Source: Planctomycetota bacterium
GTDB lineage: Bacteria > Planctomycetota > UBA1135 > GCA-002686595
Reading direction: 5' to 3'
Assembly: GCA_029259635.1 (NCBI GenBank)
Contig: JAJDEU010000009.1
Location: 1 to 64,000, forward strand
DNA: 64,000 bases
Of this stretch, positions 28,134-38,603 are shown one piece after another; position 1 is the first letter of the stretch; every line of letters begins with the position of its first letter. A program made the position numbers and the translations under genes. The notes beneath the pieces are model-generated. The model ran no database searches and had not been told where the DNA came from. It worked only from the letters and a program-made list of their open reading frames with translations.

Positions 28134-29315
28134 CTACAAATACTCCGAGCGGCTGCGGCTTCCGTCCCAACGAATGTCGGGGAAGACGGCGTCTTCGCGA
28201 GAAGCGATTCGCTCTTTGTGCTCGATCAAATCCTGGAGCATCGCCTTCAGCTCGCCGTCCATATCCCTCGTGGGCTTGTAGCCGAGATCGAGCAACGCCT
28301 GGTGATCCGGGTTGTAGCGGTGCACCTCGTCCTCGAAGCGCGGGTTGTCGATGCAGCGGATCTCGGGATTTAGCCCGAGCGTCTTGCCGACTTTTTGAAT
28401 CTTCTCGGCCAAGTCCGTGACGTTGTAGACCTCTTCGAACTGATTGAAGGTCCGGTATTCGCCCTGCTCCGGAGGATTCTCAATCGCGAGCGTCAAGCAG
28501 GCCATCGAATCACGCAACGGCAGGAACCCTCGTTTTTGTGTGCCTTTGCCGAACGGAGTCATCGGCAATCCAATCACCGCCTGGCAGCAGAAGCGGTTAA
28601 TCGCTGTCCCGAAACACTGGTCGAAATCGAAGCGCGTCCGAAGCCGCGTATCGGAACCCATGTCGTCCCAGCGAGTGCCGTAGACGACGCCTTGCATGAT
28701 GTCGGTCGAACGGGTGCCCCAAATGCGGCAAGCCATCTCGACGTTGTTCGTGTCGTGCACCTTCGATTGGTGATACCAGCTGCCGGCTTTGCGCGGGAAC
28801 ATCATACGCGCCGTGCGTCCGCGAAACTCGAGGTCGAAAAAGCCCTCGGGGATGTCGAGGTCCGGCGTTCCGTACTCGCCCATCGTTCCGAGCTTGACGA
28901 GGTGACAGTCGGGCACGATGTCACGGATCGCATAGAGAGTCTCTAGCGTCCCCATCACGTTGTTGGTCTGCGTGTAAACCGCATGCTCGGCGTCGATCAT
29001 GCTGTAGGGAGCCGAGGGCATCTCACCGAGATACACGATCGCTTCAGGCTTGAACGACTTGTAGGCGTTGACCACGAAGCTGCGGTCGCACAAGTCGCCC
29101 TTGAAGAAGCGCAGGCTCTTGCCGGTCTCTTCCCGAAAGGCGATCAGGCGGTCGGCCATGGGAACGATCGGGATCGCCGACTGCGAACCCATCTCACCGA
29201 CCCAGCGACGCCGACTGTAGTCGTCGATTCCGGCGACTTCGTGTCCCGCACGAGTTAGGTGCTGGGCCAAAGGCCAGCCGAGATAACCATCGACACCTGT
29301 AATCAAGACTCTCAT
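28134..29315 (-). CDS. sqdB: UDP-sulfoquinovose synthase (SQD1/SqdB/Agl3 family)
   Basis: Near-collinear match to plant SQD1 remembered motifs: 'GVDGYLGW', 'YLGEMPSAPYSMID', 'VYTQTNNVMGTL', 'CHLVKLGTMGEYGTP', 'SWYHQSKVHD', 'QGVVYG', 'FGTAINRFCCQA', 'PMTPFGKGTQKRGFL', 'EYRTFNQFEE'. Confidence 0.85.
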   Translation of the reverse strand: MRVLITGVDGYLGWPLAQHLTRAGHEVAGIDDYSRRRWVGEMGSQSAIPIVPMADRLIAFREETGKSLRFFKGDLCDRSFVVNAYKSFKPEAIVYLGEMPSAPYSMIDAEHAVYTQTNNVMGTLETLYAIRDIVPDCHLVKLGTMGEYGTPDLDIPEGFFDLEFRGRTARMMFPRKAGSWYHQSKVHDTNNVEMACRIWGTRSTDIMQGVVYGTRWDDMGSDTRLRTRFDFDQCFGTAINRFCCQAVIGLPMTPFGKGTQKRGFLPLRDSMACLTLAIENPPEQGEYRTFNQFEEVYNVTDLAEKIQKVGKTLGLNPEIRCIDNPRFEDEVHRYNPDHQALLDLGYKPTRDMDGELKAMLQDLIEHKERIASREDAVFPDIRWDGSRSRSEYL

Positions 29316-29783
29316 AGGGCGTGTTTTTACTTCCGCTTGAATCGAAGAGGGTTCGTGTCACTGGAGTATCGAGCGCTCATCTTCTGGCGAACTCCGGCAC
29401 CAAGGCCAAGGGGTCTTGCGACACGTCGTATGGGAGAAAGTTACTCGAAATCCCGGCGCTGAGCCCCAGAAAGCCCCCACTTTCGCCCCAGGCACTTCGT
29501 TCCCAGGTGGCCAGCAGGCGATCCGGTTCACCAATCCTTGACGGACAAGCTGCGGCGCCCGATAGGGAACAGATTCCGGTCGCAGATACTCCGCCGTGAG
29601 GAATGTGCTTCGACCCGCGAGGGGAGCCGTCGGATCCGTGGGAGCGGAGACCGAGTCGGGTCGGTCCCCGGAATCAACGCCGCAGTCCTCGATGGGTCGA
29701 GCAGCCGAGCTGGTGAGGCGTTCGGGGCCCGACCTGGCCGGAAGGACGCCGTTCATGGGGTGAACGACGTTTGCCACGAGCTG

Positions 29784-31757
29784 CTAAGGCAGTCGCGGAG
29801 CGTAGACGCCTCGCTTCCACTTCTTCCTGGTGTAGTAGCGAATTTGTCGGTTCAGGAATCCCCCGAGAACCTGCTCCATCTTTCTCCGTCTTCGCGGCCG
29901 CAACTCCGCCAAGTTTCGTTGCTCGTCAGGGTCGGCACTAAGATCGAAAAGCTGCTTCGACTCGTGATCCAAATTGACGATCAACTTTTGATCGCCAACC
30001 AAGACACCGTCTTCGGATGTTATTCCCTGAATGGTGAAGAAGATCGGTCGAGTGGAGCCAACGTATTCCGGATCGAGAATGTCGGCTCGGCCTTGAAAGT
30101 TCCCGTGCGGCTTGAGCCCCAACACATTCAACAAGGTGGGGCCGACGTCCAGCAGAGAAACGGGGTCGGCAACCCTGCGCGGATCTGCGCCGGGCACGCG
30201 AACCAGGAACAACGAACGCACTTGCTCTTCGTGCAACGTCGTCCCGTGCGTCGGGTGTGAGTGCTCGTAAAAAGCTTCGCCGTGATCCGCAACGACAATC
30301 AAAACGGTCGAATCCCAATCGCCGAATTCTTTCAGCGAGTCGATCAGCTTTCCGAGGTACACGTCCCCGTAGTGCTGAGCATTGTCGAACCGATTGAGCA
30401 TAACCGGAATCTTGTCTTCCGGATAGTCGAAGTAACTCGCCGCAAAATCGACCTCGTGAGGCGCAAAGGGTCGCGCGGCGTCTTCAGGCAAATCGTAGGG
30501 AAAGTGATTCGACTGGAAATTCAGGTACGCAAAGTAGTTTCCGCTCGGCAGGTCTTTGCGCCACTCTCTCCAGGCTTCGACAACCGTAGGCTCGAAGACC
30601 TTTGACTCATTACCGCGCCCTTTGTGCGGAGCATCGGGCCAATCCAGCGAGTGCAGCATTGTCTCCAGTCCCGGCGTGTCGAGGAACCGACTCATATTCG
30701 CCCAAGTCTCGTTCTGGCACGAAAACATTCCCGTCGCGTAGCCGGACGGCTGTAGGACATCCCAGATCAGCGTGCGCGGATAGTCGAGCTTTTCATAACG
30801 ATCGTGTATCTCGTACTTGCGCGGGTGCAGCGACGAGAGAATGGCGAGCTGGGCGTAACAGGAGTGCGTCGAAGTCGTGTACGCGCGATCGAAGACAACG
30901 CTCTCCTTTGCAAGCGCCTCTAGATTGGGCGTCACGTTCGCGCGCGTCTCCGGATTCAGGCACGAGCGCTTCCACGGAATAGACTCGAGCATGAGCAGCA
31001 CGACGTTGAGCGGACGAGCCGGTGGCTCGGCTTCATAGGGCTCGATCGAACGACCGCCGGGCTCGCGCAGTCCATCCGATGAATTCGTGTCGAGCAGTTC
31101 AGAGGCTGTCTTCTGTTGCCGAATCCACTGCAACTCCGGAACGAAGGTTTGAATCGACAGGCGTGGCGTTTGCGACGCCAATCCGACGAGAGCAAAAGAA
31201 AGACCACAGCTCGCAACCGCAAGCAGCCAGCCGGTGCGCGAGATCGGTCGAGCTCGCTTGCGCGACCGCGAAAAGGCGAAGAAGACACCAATCACGAGTC
31301 CGATGGAAACTCCGGTGAGGGCCAAGAGACTCAGGAACTCGGCAGATTGAACCTCTTGGAAGAGCTGAAACGCACCCCGCTGCGCGAACCACAGGTCGGA
31401 TGGATTGAGGTGAACGCCAAGGCTCAGGAACTTGATCGTCGAGAGGCAGAGCGTGGCTACCACGATGCCCAACAAAGCGCTCTTGAATCCATCGATGGCC
31501 ACAAGCCACTTCCCCTGCGGGACGAACAGCTCGATCAATGCGAACAGCGCGGTGATCAGGACCACTTCGAGGACGAGCAGACCGATGAGGCCGACGAGCA
31601 ATACAAGGCGTTCTTGCAAACCCAGGTCTTCTACCGGAAAGCTCGTGAAGAAGCTGAAGATCAGAATCCCTGCATGCAAGCACCACACGGCGCCTACGGT
31701 TCGCCACTGAGCAAGGCCTCTCTCGAAGCGATTCGTACTGGAGCTAGTCATGAGCAC
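29784..31757 (-). CDS. membrane-anchored sulfatase-family (alkaline-phosphatase superfamily) hydrolase/transferase, LtaS/OpgB/EptA-like
   Basis: About 5 N-terminal TM helices plus a periplasmic sulfatase-like domain ('NVVLLMLESIPWK'). 657 aa. Confidence 0.6.
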   Translation of the reverse strand: MLMTSSSTNRFERGLAQWRTVGAVWCLHAGILIFSFFTSFPVEDLGLQERLVLLVGLIGLLVLEVVLITALFALIELFVPQGKWLVAIDGFKSALLGIVVATLCLSTIKFLSLGVHLNPSDLWFAQRGAFQLFQEVQSAEFLSLLALTGVSIGLVIGVFFAFSRSRKRARPISRTGWLLAVASCGLSFALVGLASQTPRLSIQTFVPELQWIRQQKTASELLDTNSSDGLREPGGRSIEPYEAEPPARPLNVVLLMLESIPWKRSCLNPETRANVTPNLEALAKESVVFDRAYTTSTHSCYAQLAILSSLHPRKYEIHDRYEKLDYPRTLIWDVLQPSGYATGMFSCQNETWANMSRFLDTPGLETMLHSLDWPDAPHKGRGNESKVFEPTVVEAWREWRKDLPSGNYFAYLNFQSNHFPYDLPEDAARPFAPHEVDFAASYFDYPEDKIPVMLNRFDNAQHYGDVYLGKLIDSLKEFGDWDSTVLIVVADHGEAFYEHSHPTHGTTLHEEQVRSLFLVRVPGADPRRVADPVSLLDVGPTLLNVLGLKPHGNFQGRADILDPEYVGSTRPIFFTIQGITSEDGVLVGDQKLIVNLDHESKQLFDLSADPDEQRNLAELRPRRRRKMEQVLGGFLNRQIRYYTRKKWKRGVYAPRLP

Positions 31758-31771
31758 ATGTCGGGGATCCG

Positions 31772-33448
31772 CTAGCGACGTCGCGGGGGTCGCTTTGTAG
31801 CTCGACCGCGCTGTCCTGCCTTCAACTCTCCGTGTTTGGTCATCCCGTTCGGTTTGTAGAGCTTAGTAATGCCGCTTCTTGGCCGATGCTCATTGGCAAT
31901 CTCGTACAGCTTCTCTCTCTCCGGAAGAAACCACTCGGGCATGATGACGTAGTCGACATTGAATTCTCTAAAGAGGGTGAGGTAGTCATCGCGGGATGTC
32001 TGGGTGTAGACCCAGTGATAGTGAACCGACCCTCCCGTCTTCAAGGCTAATTGGGGACCTTCATAAGCGGGAGCGGCAACGACCAGAGGTCGCCCCAAGC
32101 GGCGAGCTTCCGCAACTAAATAGTCCACTAGCTCCTGGCGGTAAGTCTCGGGATTATAGACTCGCTTCTTCGTCCGATAATTCCGCTCCATCTCCAGAGC
32201 ACCCGCCCTGCTCGAACTAACCAAAACGAGAATCGCCAGAAGATAGGTGACCGGCTTTCTTCTTCGAAGCATCCAGATGAATGCGACGAAAAACAACAGG
32301 CCAGCGATAAGCGCCTGCCTCCGACCAAAATTCCACGGTGAGCTATAGACCTTGTGGATGGTGTGAAGCGAAAAGTAGGCGCCGAGCGCCAAGATTACGC
32401 TGAAGCAGATCGCAACGTTTCTGGGCTTCAGAAGTGTCGTTCGCCAACGGCTCAAAGAGAAATCCTTCAGCTGAGAGACGACCCAGAAAAGTGACGCTGG
32501 GATCGAGATCAATGCGATCCACTGCGCACCATTGAAGACCGCGTTGAAGCCGTACTTGGCGGACGGGTCGTACGCGTAGAGAAAACCCGGTGCTCGGTCT
32601 TTGATGTAGGACCAGAGACCATCCGTGGGTTTGAGGACTGGGATGGCGCTTAAGGCGTCGTTGACTCGGTTTTGATCGAAACGAACGAGCGAAGCTAGCC
32701 CGGCTTCGGAGACGAACGACTGGATGTAGAGGTACTCGGGTAGCAAGACGAGGGCGCACGTTACAGCGGCAGTCGCAGCCATGAGCGTGCTCGCGGCTCG
32801 GCGAGCACCGAGGGCGATACACAATCCAAGAGTCCCGAATGCGGCAATCGCGACCAAGAGCATTTGGCCGCGCGACAAGATCAAGAGCCCAAGCCAAACA
32901 CCCAACTCCAAACCGGTTCGAACGCCCGGCTTTGAAAAGAGGGATTCGGCGCGCAGAAGCAGCAAGAGCAGCAGGCTGAACGCCAGTCCCTCTGTGTAGG
33001 ACAAGCTCGTGAAGCGAAAGAAATCGGCGTTGAACCCCATCACGAGGATCCAAACATGGCCCGCGTGCACGCCCTTTAATATGGGGCCGAACAAGTCTTC
33101 CGGCCAGTTCCGTCGCGCCCACCGATACCCCACTAGGAGGGTGACGAAGTAGAAGAGCGAGTTGATCGCGATCGAGGCGGGAAGCAGCGGAAAGAGAACC
33201 CCGAGGGCTCCCAGCAGGAGCGGCCACAACGGAGCCACCGATGTCGGATGCGGAAACTCGCGATAGCCCTTGTGGTACAGCGAGATGTCCGTCGCGAGCC
33301 CATCCCCGTCCCGAACGTGACTGGCAACGTTGAGGTAGTAGGTACCGTCGGTTTGCTGAAACTCCTCGAGGTTTTCGACGCCGTAGAAAACTTTAAAAGT
33401 CCCCAGAGCGGTGAGCAGAACCACCAAGAGGAGGACCCCGGGCTTCAA
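31772..33448 (-). CDS. polytopic membrane protein (possible GT-C-type glycosyltransferase)
   Basis: 558 aa, more than 10 TM helices, soluble C-terminal domain. 14 bp upstream of the sulfatase-like gene on the same strand. Function is an inference. Confidence 0.45.
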   Translation of the reverse strand: MKPGVLLLVVLLTALGTFKVFYGVENLEEFQQTDGTYYLNVASHVRDGDGLATDISLYHKGYREFPHPTSVAPLWPLLLGALGVLFPLLPASIAINSLFYFVTLLVGYRWARRNWPEDLFGPILKGVHAGHVWILVMGFNADFFRFTSLSYTEGLAFSLLLLLLLRAESLFSKPGVRTGLELGVWLGLLILSRGQMLLVAIAAFGTLGLCIALGARRAASTLMAATAAVTCALVLLPEYLYIQSFVSEAGLASLVRFDQNRVNDALSAIPVLKPTDGLWSYIKDRAPGFLYAYDPSAKYGFNAVFNGAQWIALISIPASLFWVVSQLKDFSLSRWRTTLLKPRNVAICFSVILALGAYFSLHTIHKVYSSPWNFGRRQALIAGLLFFVAFIWMLRRRKPVTYLLAILVLVSSSRAGALEMERNYRTKKRVYNPETYRQELVDYLVAEARRLGRPLVVAAPAYEGPQLALKTGGSVHYHWVYTQTSRDDYLTLFREFNVDYVIMPEWFLPEREKLYEIANEHRPRSGITKLYKPNGMTKHGELKAGQRGRATKRPPRRR

Positions 33449-33727
33449 CTCAATCCATCCGGGCTACTGGTGGAGGGTACGAACGGTCTTATCGATCCAC
33501 CCGATTCGACGGGGCTGTTCAGGAAAAGATTTCTACAGCGAACAACGCTGCTTGAGCGCAATCGGCCGATGGAGGAGTTCATTGAGTATCGAAGCACGGG
33601 CTCATCTCACCGAGCGAGAAGGGCGCTTGTCGCGAATCCGACGCAGTTGTGGGAATCCGAATTGGAATCGGAGCGACCGAGCGAATCTGATTGTAGCCCC
33701 GGCATTTTGCTCCCCGATAGGGGAGTC

Positions 33728-35563
33728 ATGTGTGGAATTCTTGGAATCATAGGCAGCACGAACACGAGCCCGAGAGTTTCGAAAGCAGAAGTAGAGCGAA
33801 TGCGCGACACACTGTTTCGCCGGGGACCGGATAGCGGCGGTTTTCAGCGCCAGGACAACTGGATTCTCGCTCACCGACGACTGGCAGTTCGAGACACTTC
33901 GAGCGCCGGAGACCAGCCAATGAGCACTCCGGACGGACGCTTTCGGTTGGTCTACAACGGTGAACTCTACAACGATGCGGAGCTGCGCTCGGAGCTAATG
34001 GATGGAGGCTATGTACCGGGAGGTTTCCAAGGTCACTGCGACACCGAGACGGTCCTCTGGGCTTTCGCAACCTGGGGTCCGGCGGCCTTTGAAAAGCTTC
34101 GCGGAATGTTCGCGATCGCTGTCTACGACACGGTGGAGAACCGGCTCCACCTCGCTCGCGATCCACTGGGCATTAAGCCGCTCTACTACATGGCGACGAT
34201 CGAGGAGTTCGTCTTCGCGAGCGAGCCTCGCGCAATACTCGCTCACCCCGGCATTACACCCGAGCCGGACATGGAGATGGTCAGTGCCTATCTAACGACG
34301 CTTCGATCCGTCCTCGGCACGCGAACGCTATTCCGCAACCTAAATGCTGTCGAGCCGGGCGAGCGCGTTCTCTTCAATCCGGATAACGGCTCTATCTACC
34401 GCACGCACTTTCACACGGCCACGCCGGTTCGCGAAGATTGGATCGACCTCGATCAAGCAGCCTCTGAGGTGCGCGAAATCATAGAGGAGTCGGTGCGCGA
34501 GCACCTGCGCGCTGATGTCCCAATTAGCGCACTCCTGAGTGGCGGACTAGACAGCACGATCCTGTCACGTATCGCCCAATCGGAGATCGGAGACCTGCAC
34601 ACTTGGTGCGCGGGCGGGAAAGAGCCGAGCGACGACAGTGAAGATCTCTCCTTTGCTCGCGAAGCATCGGCATACATAGGCACGAAACATCGAGAAGTCA
34701 GCCTCGACCGTGCCAGTTTCGAACGCGAGTGGCCGTCCATGGTCAACGAGCTCGGCTTTCCGCTGAGCACGCCCAATGAGGTAGCGATTCGAGCGGTTTG
34801 CGAGGACCTGCGTGACCGGGGCCACATCGTCGCCATTAGCGGCGAGGGAGCTGACGAGCTCTTCGGCGGTTATGAAGCCAACCTCCAAATCATCGCGGAC
34901 TTCATCGACTCGGACTCAAAGCTAACCGGGAGCCAGTTTCAGCTGAGCTCTTCGGCGTGGATCTCGCCCTCCATTAAAAACCAACTCTTCAAACCGGACG
35001 CTTGGATCGAATCCTCGAATGATGAGTTTCTGATTAACTATGTCGATCGACTCTTCGAGCGCTGCAGGGTGGAAGCCGGAGAACACGCAACCGAACTCGA
35101 CGTGCACCTGAGGTTTCTAAGGCACAACAATCTCTCGGGTCTCCTTCAAAGGTTGGACAGCGCATCCATGCTCGCCTCCGTTGAGAGCCGAACCCCCTTT
35201 GCCGATGTCCGAGTACTCCAATTCGCGGACAGCCTGCCGATGTCGTGCAAGTTCGAACATGAGCCATCCGTATCGAACGGAGGCGGAACTCTCCTCTCGA
35301 CGGTGCGCGGAAAACTACTGTTGCGCGAGGCCTGGCGAGGACGAATTCCGAGGTCGATTGAGTTACGCCAAAAGCAGTCCTTCCCGCTCCCTTTTCAGGG
35401 CTGGATGAGCGCTTTGACTCCGGTGCTCGAACGGTCGGGCTTCGCTCGTGAGCTCTTCGCCGATGATGTGCGGGAAGAGCTCGCTGAAAACACCGACAAG
35501 TTCTGGCAGTGCGCTTGGCCCATGCTGAACCTCGCCCTCTGGGGCGAGCACTGGTTCGACTAG
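33728..35563 (+). CDS. asnB: asparagine synthetase B-like glutamine-hydrolysing amidotransferase
   Basis: N-terminal nucleophile 'MCGILGIIG'. Synthetase domain 'SALLSGGLDST' (PP-loop SGGxDS). ORF-track N-extension trimmed to the ATG at 33728. In polysaccharide loci such genes often amidate sugars rather than make Asn. Confidence 0.8.
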   Translation: MCGILGIIGSTNTSPRVSKAEVERMRDTLFRRGPDSGGFQRQDNWILAHRRLAVRDTSSAGDQPMSTPDGRFRLVYNGELYNDAELRSELMDGGYVPGGFQGHCDTETVLWAFATWGPAAFEKLRGMFAIAVYDTVENRLHLARDPLGIKPLYYMATIEEFVFASEPRAILAHPGITPEPDMEMVSAYLTTLRSVLGTRTLFRNLNAVEPGERVLFNPDNGSIYRTHFHTATPVREDWIDLDQAASEVREIIEESVREHLRADVPISALLSGGLDSTILSRIAQSEIGDLHTWCAGGKEPSDDSEDLSFAREASAYIGTKHREVSLDRASFEREWPSMVNELGFPLSTPNEVAIRAVCEDLRDRGHIVAISGEGADELFGGYEANLQIIADFIDSDSKLTGSQFQLSSSAWISPSIKNQLFKPDAWIESSNDEFLINYVDRLFERCRVEAGEHATELDVHLRFLRHNNLSGLLQRLDSASMLASVESRTPFADVRVLQFADSLPMSCKFEHEPSVSNGGGTLLSTVRGKLLLREAWRGRIPRSIELRQKQSFPLPFQGWMSALTPVLERSGFARELFADDVREELAENTDKFWQCAWPMLNLALWGEHWFD

Positions 35564-35638
35564 CAGAGCCGAGTCAGTGGCCCAGAGCGAGAGAGCTTCA
35601 GAACTGACTGGGTTCCGAGAGCTTTGCCTCGAGAACTG

Positions 35639-37177
35639 TCAGATCAACTCGACGGAGAGGATCTCGCTGCGGGATGCGTGGTGACTGGGGTCAACGCGAA
35701 GGCCCGTAAGAATGTCGTCCTCACCAAACAAGGCTAGATCGGGCAGACCGACTTCGAGCTCCATTACCGAGTCCGTCGTCCGATAGGGAACAACCATCGA
35801 CGCTCGCTCCCACCACAGCGGACGATTCAAAGTTCGATAGAAGATTTGAACCGCTTCATCGTTCTCGCTGAGGCCACGAACCGCCAACCGAACCCGCACG
35901 CCACGAAGGCTCGCGAGCTCGAAGTAGAGCTCGGGCGAAAACATGCAAGGGTCATGCTCTTCGGATTCGAGCAGCAGTCCTTCCTCGTTAAGCTCCGAGA
36001 GCTGACAGGTCTCGCCCACCGTCCAGCCCGCTTCAATCGTCAACGGCAGGGATCGCGTGGAGAGCCCCGGCATGAGCGGGTAGTCGAGAAGCTTCTGCAG
36101 ATTTGCACAGGCTTCAACCCGCTCCGGTGCGTCCGGAAACTCTTCCTGCAATCGCTTCGCTAAGCCGTCTTCTGCTTCCGGTTCGCTCTGAAGAACGAAG
36201 TCTTCCACATTAAGCTGCTCGGAGTACTCGACTCCGCAGGCGGCGCAAGTGCTGCTCTTCAAGAGTTCGATCTTCGCGCCACACTTAATGCACAGACGAG
36301 CGGGCAAAAAGACTCCGCCCGGAGCTCGGCTTTGAGCTTCCTCTACCGCCGAGTGTTCGAAAGCAAAGTTGATGACGTCGCGAGCGGATCCTTCAAATGA
36401 CTTTCCAAGCGAATCCGGACTGCGGTCGCGAAACAGGACGGCGATCATGCCCGTTGCCTCGCCGGCTTCCCGAAAGTCGTCAAGCCGAAGCGCTGAGGTT
36501 AATGCCTCGGACAGCTCTTTGGATGACTGGGGCATTTCCGCTGGCAGCTGACCGCAGAGACCAAAAACCCGCGTATCCCACTCGGGAAAGAGCAGCTCGA
36601 AGTCCGTCGCGCAGATAATGCTGCGATCCATGTGGTCCGAGAGCGCCCGCTCTTCGAGCTCTCTAGCGCGCTCGGCCTCATCGCGAACCCCCTCTTCACT
36701 GGCCACGATCAAGACGTCGCGCGCAACGCGCTTGAGCTCGAGCAGCGTCTCCACCGGGTGCGCGAGATGCTCAATCACCTCCGCGCAGTAGACGACGCTG
36801 AACGCATCGTCTTCGAAGGGCAGTCGATGCGCTTCGGAGGCAAGCGTTCCGATGGCAAAAAACTCATGCGCGCGCTCGCATGCCGAGATCGAGAGGTCCG
36901 TGGAGCAGCTCTCCTCCACGTGAAGCTTTCGCACCATCTGTGCGACATATCCCTCCGCTCCTCCAACGTCGAGAAAAGAGGTCGCGTTCGAAGCCCGCAA
37001 GATCTCGATCAACCACGCCCAGCGCCCGGCCATCATGAAGAAACCCGGTGTCCATGCTCCGGCGCCGATCCCGTGAACGGGCTGATAGGGCTCGTACTGG
37101 TGCCCGACGAGCTCGACCAGCTCGGGATCGAAGCGAAGGTCAAGCCACTTACGGGTGCGTAGGGAATAGCGGTCCAA
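35639..37177 (-). CDS. class I SAM-dependent methyltransferase with zinc-ribbon and C-terminal extension
   Basis: Motif I 'FLDVGGAEGYVAQ'. Post-II 'VVYCAEVIEHLAHP'. 'CIKCGAKIELLKSSTCAACG'. Confidence 0.6.
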   Translation of the reverse strand: MDRYSLRTRKWLDLRFDPELVELVGHQYEPYQPVHGIGAGAWTPGFFMMAGRWAWLIEILRASNATSFLDVGGAEGYVAQMVRKLHVEESCSTDLSISACERAHEFFAIGTLASEAHRLPFEDDAFSVVYCAEVIEHLAHPVETLLELKRVARDVLIVASEEGVRDEAERARELEERALSDHMDRSIICATDFELLFPEWDTRVFGLCGQLPAEMPQSSKELSEALTSALRLDDFREAGEATGMIAVLFRDRSPDSLGKSFEGSARDVINFAFEHSAVEEAQSRAPGGVFLPARLCIKCGAKIELLKSSTCAACGVEYSEQLNVEDFVLQSEPEAEDGLAKRLQEEFPDAPERVEACANLQKLLDYPLMPGLSTRSLPLTIEAGWTVGETCQLSELNEEGLLLESEEHDPCMFSPELYFELASLRGVRVRLAVRGLSENDEAVQIFYRTLNRPLWWERASMVVPYRTTDSVMELEVGLPDLALFGEDDILTGLRVDPSHHASRSEILSVELI

Positions 37178-37389
37178 GTCGTTCTCCGGGTTTCCAAGCG
37201 AGAGCGCTCGGCGGGACGGTTTTTAGCACAAAGCGAGCGAGACTTGGACGGAACTGCGGGTGTCCCGCTCGGAATTGTCGGTGTTTTTGTATCAGGCGAT
37301 TCGATCACCGACTCTTAGCTCTGAGTGACCCCTTCGAGCACGGCTCGGATCGTGCCCCTGCCGGAAATGACCGCACTCACGACTAACCA

Positions 37390-38583
37390 TTGAGAAACCC
37401 CGTGCACCGACAGCATCAGGTGGAACTCAAACAACCCCGGAGCCCCATCGTGGCCACACTGAAGAACGCCGCTTCCTCCGCCGGAAAGGCTCTATTTCCG
37501 GCGCTCCGGCGTATGAGTGCCGAACGTAGTGAGCTCATTGAGGAATGCGTAATCGCGCGAAAGGACCTGAGCCGGGTTCGCAGGATCCGCGATCTCTCCC
37601 TGAAGGAACGAGATCGGTTGGTGAACGAGAACCAAGCGCTGCAGCTCGAGCGCATTGGTTTGCGCAATCAAACCGAATCCCTGACCGCCGAGGTCGAGGC
37701 GCTCAAAGCCAAGCTAAGTGAAAACTCGACGTGGGTCCCACCGGGTCACGACTACTCTCCAATTCCAGACCTAAATCGGGTTTGGGAGCGTGAAGAGCTG
37801 ATCTTCGATCGCTCCGCACGGATTCTCCCCGGCATAGACATGCGCGAGTCGGCGCAGCGCGAATTGCATGACGAGTTTCTCGGCTACTACGATCGCGTCC
37901 AATTTCCAAAGCTCAAGACCGAGGGACAGCGCTACTTCTACGAGAACAACTTCTTTCCCTACAGCGACGCGTTCTTTCTGAACTGCATGATTCGACACTT
38001 TCGACCCAACTCAATCGTCGAAGTCGGCTCTGGATTCTCGTCAGCCGTTTCACTCGACACCATCGACGCCCTCGCGCTAACGTCGACCATCTGCACGTTT
38101 ATTGACCCGCATCCCGAAAGGTTGCTCACCCTCCTTTCACCCGAAGATCAACAGCGCCACCGAATCATCGAAGACAAAGTCGAATCAGCGCCGCTCTCCG
38201 AATTTGATCACCTCGATGCTGGCGACATTCTGTTCATCGACTCGAGCCACGTCAGCAAAACCGGCAGCGACGTCAATCACGTCTTCTTCGAAGTGCTACC
38301 CAGACTGAAGAGCGGCGTCCTCGTTCACATCCACGACATCCCCTACCCCTTCGAGTATTCCAAGTCCGACGTCTATGAAGGGCGGGCCTGGAACGAGGCG
38401 TACTTGGCGCGCGCCTTCCTGCAGTTCAACTCAGCGTTCGAAGTCTTGTTCTACCCGTCGTACGTGGCTGCGCTTCCGGTCGAGCCGGGACACCCTCGGA
38501 CATGGGGCGTGGAGTGGTTCGAGAATCGAATGCCCAAGTGCGCTGAATTTATGGGCCCGAGCCTCTGGCTTCGGAAGCTCTAA
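37390..38583 (+). CDS. putative SAM-dependent methyltransferase (Methyltransf_24/FkbM-like) with N-terminal coiled-coil
   Basis: 'IVEVGSGFSS', 'ILFIDSSH'. Leucine-rich coiled-coil at aa 50-110. Confidence 0.5.
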   Translation: MRNPVHRQHQVELKQPRSPIVATLKNAASSAGKALFPALRRMSAERSELIEECVIARKDLSRVRRIRDLSLKERDRLVNENQALQLERIGLRNQTESLTAEVEALKAKLSENSTWVPPGHDYSPIPDLNRVWEREELIFDRSARILPGIDMRESAQRELHDEFLGYYDRVQFPKLKTEGQRYFYENNFFPYSDAFFLNCMIRHFRPNSIVEVGSGFSSAVSLDTIDALALTSTICTFIDPHPERLLTLLSPEDQQRHRIIEDKVESAPLSEFDHLDAGDILFIDSSHVSKTGSDVNHVFFEVLPRLKSGVLVHIHDIPYPFEYSKSDVYEGRAWNEAYLARAFLQFNSAFEVLFYPSYVAALPVEPGHPRTWGVEWFENRMPKCAEFMGPSLWLRKL

Positions 38584-38603
38584 CTCACGCCGCGCGGATC
38601 GAC

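Noticed and set aside
33248-33727. N-terminal 160-aa extension of the asnB ORF
   Set aside because: Overlaps the 5' end of the divergent membrane-protein gene. AsnB enzymes require an N-terminal Cys after the initiator Met (MCGILG), which fixes the start at 33728.
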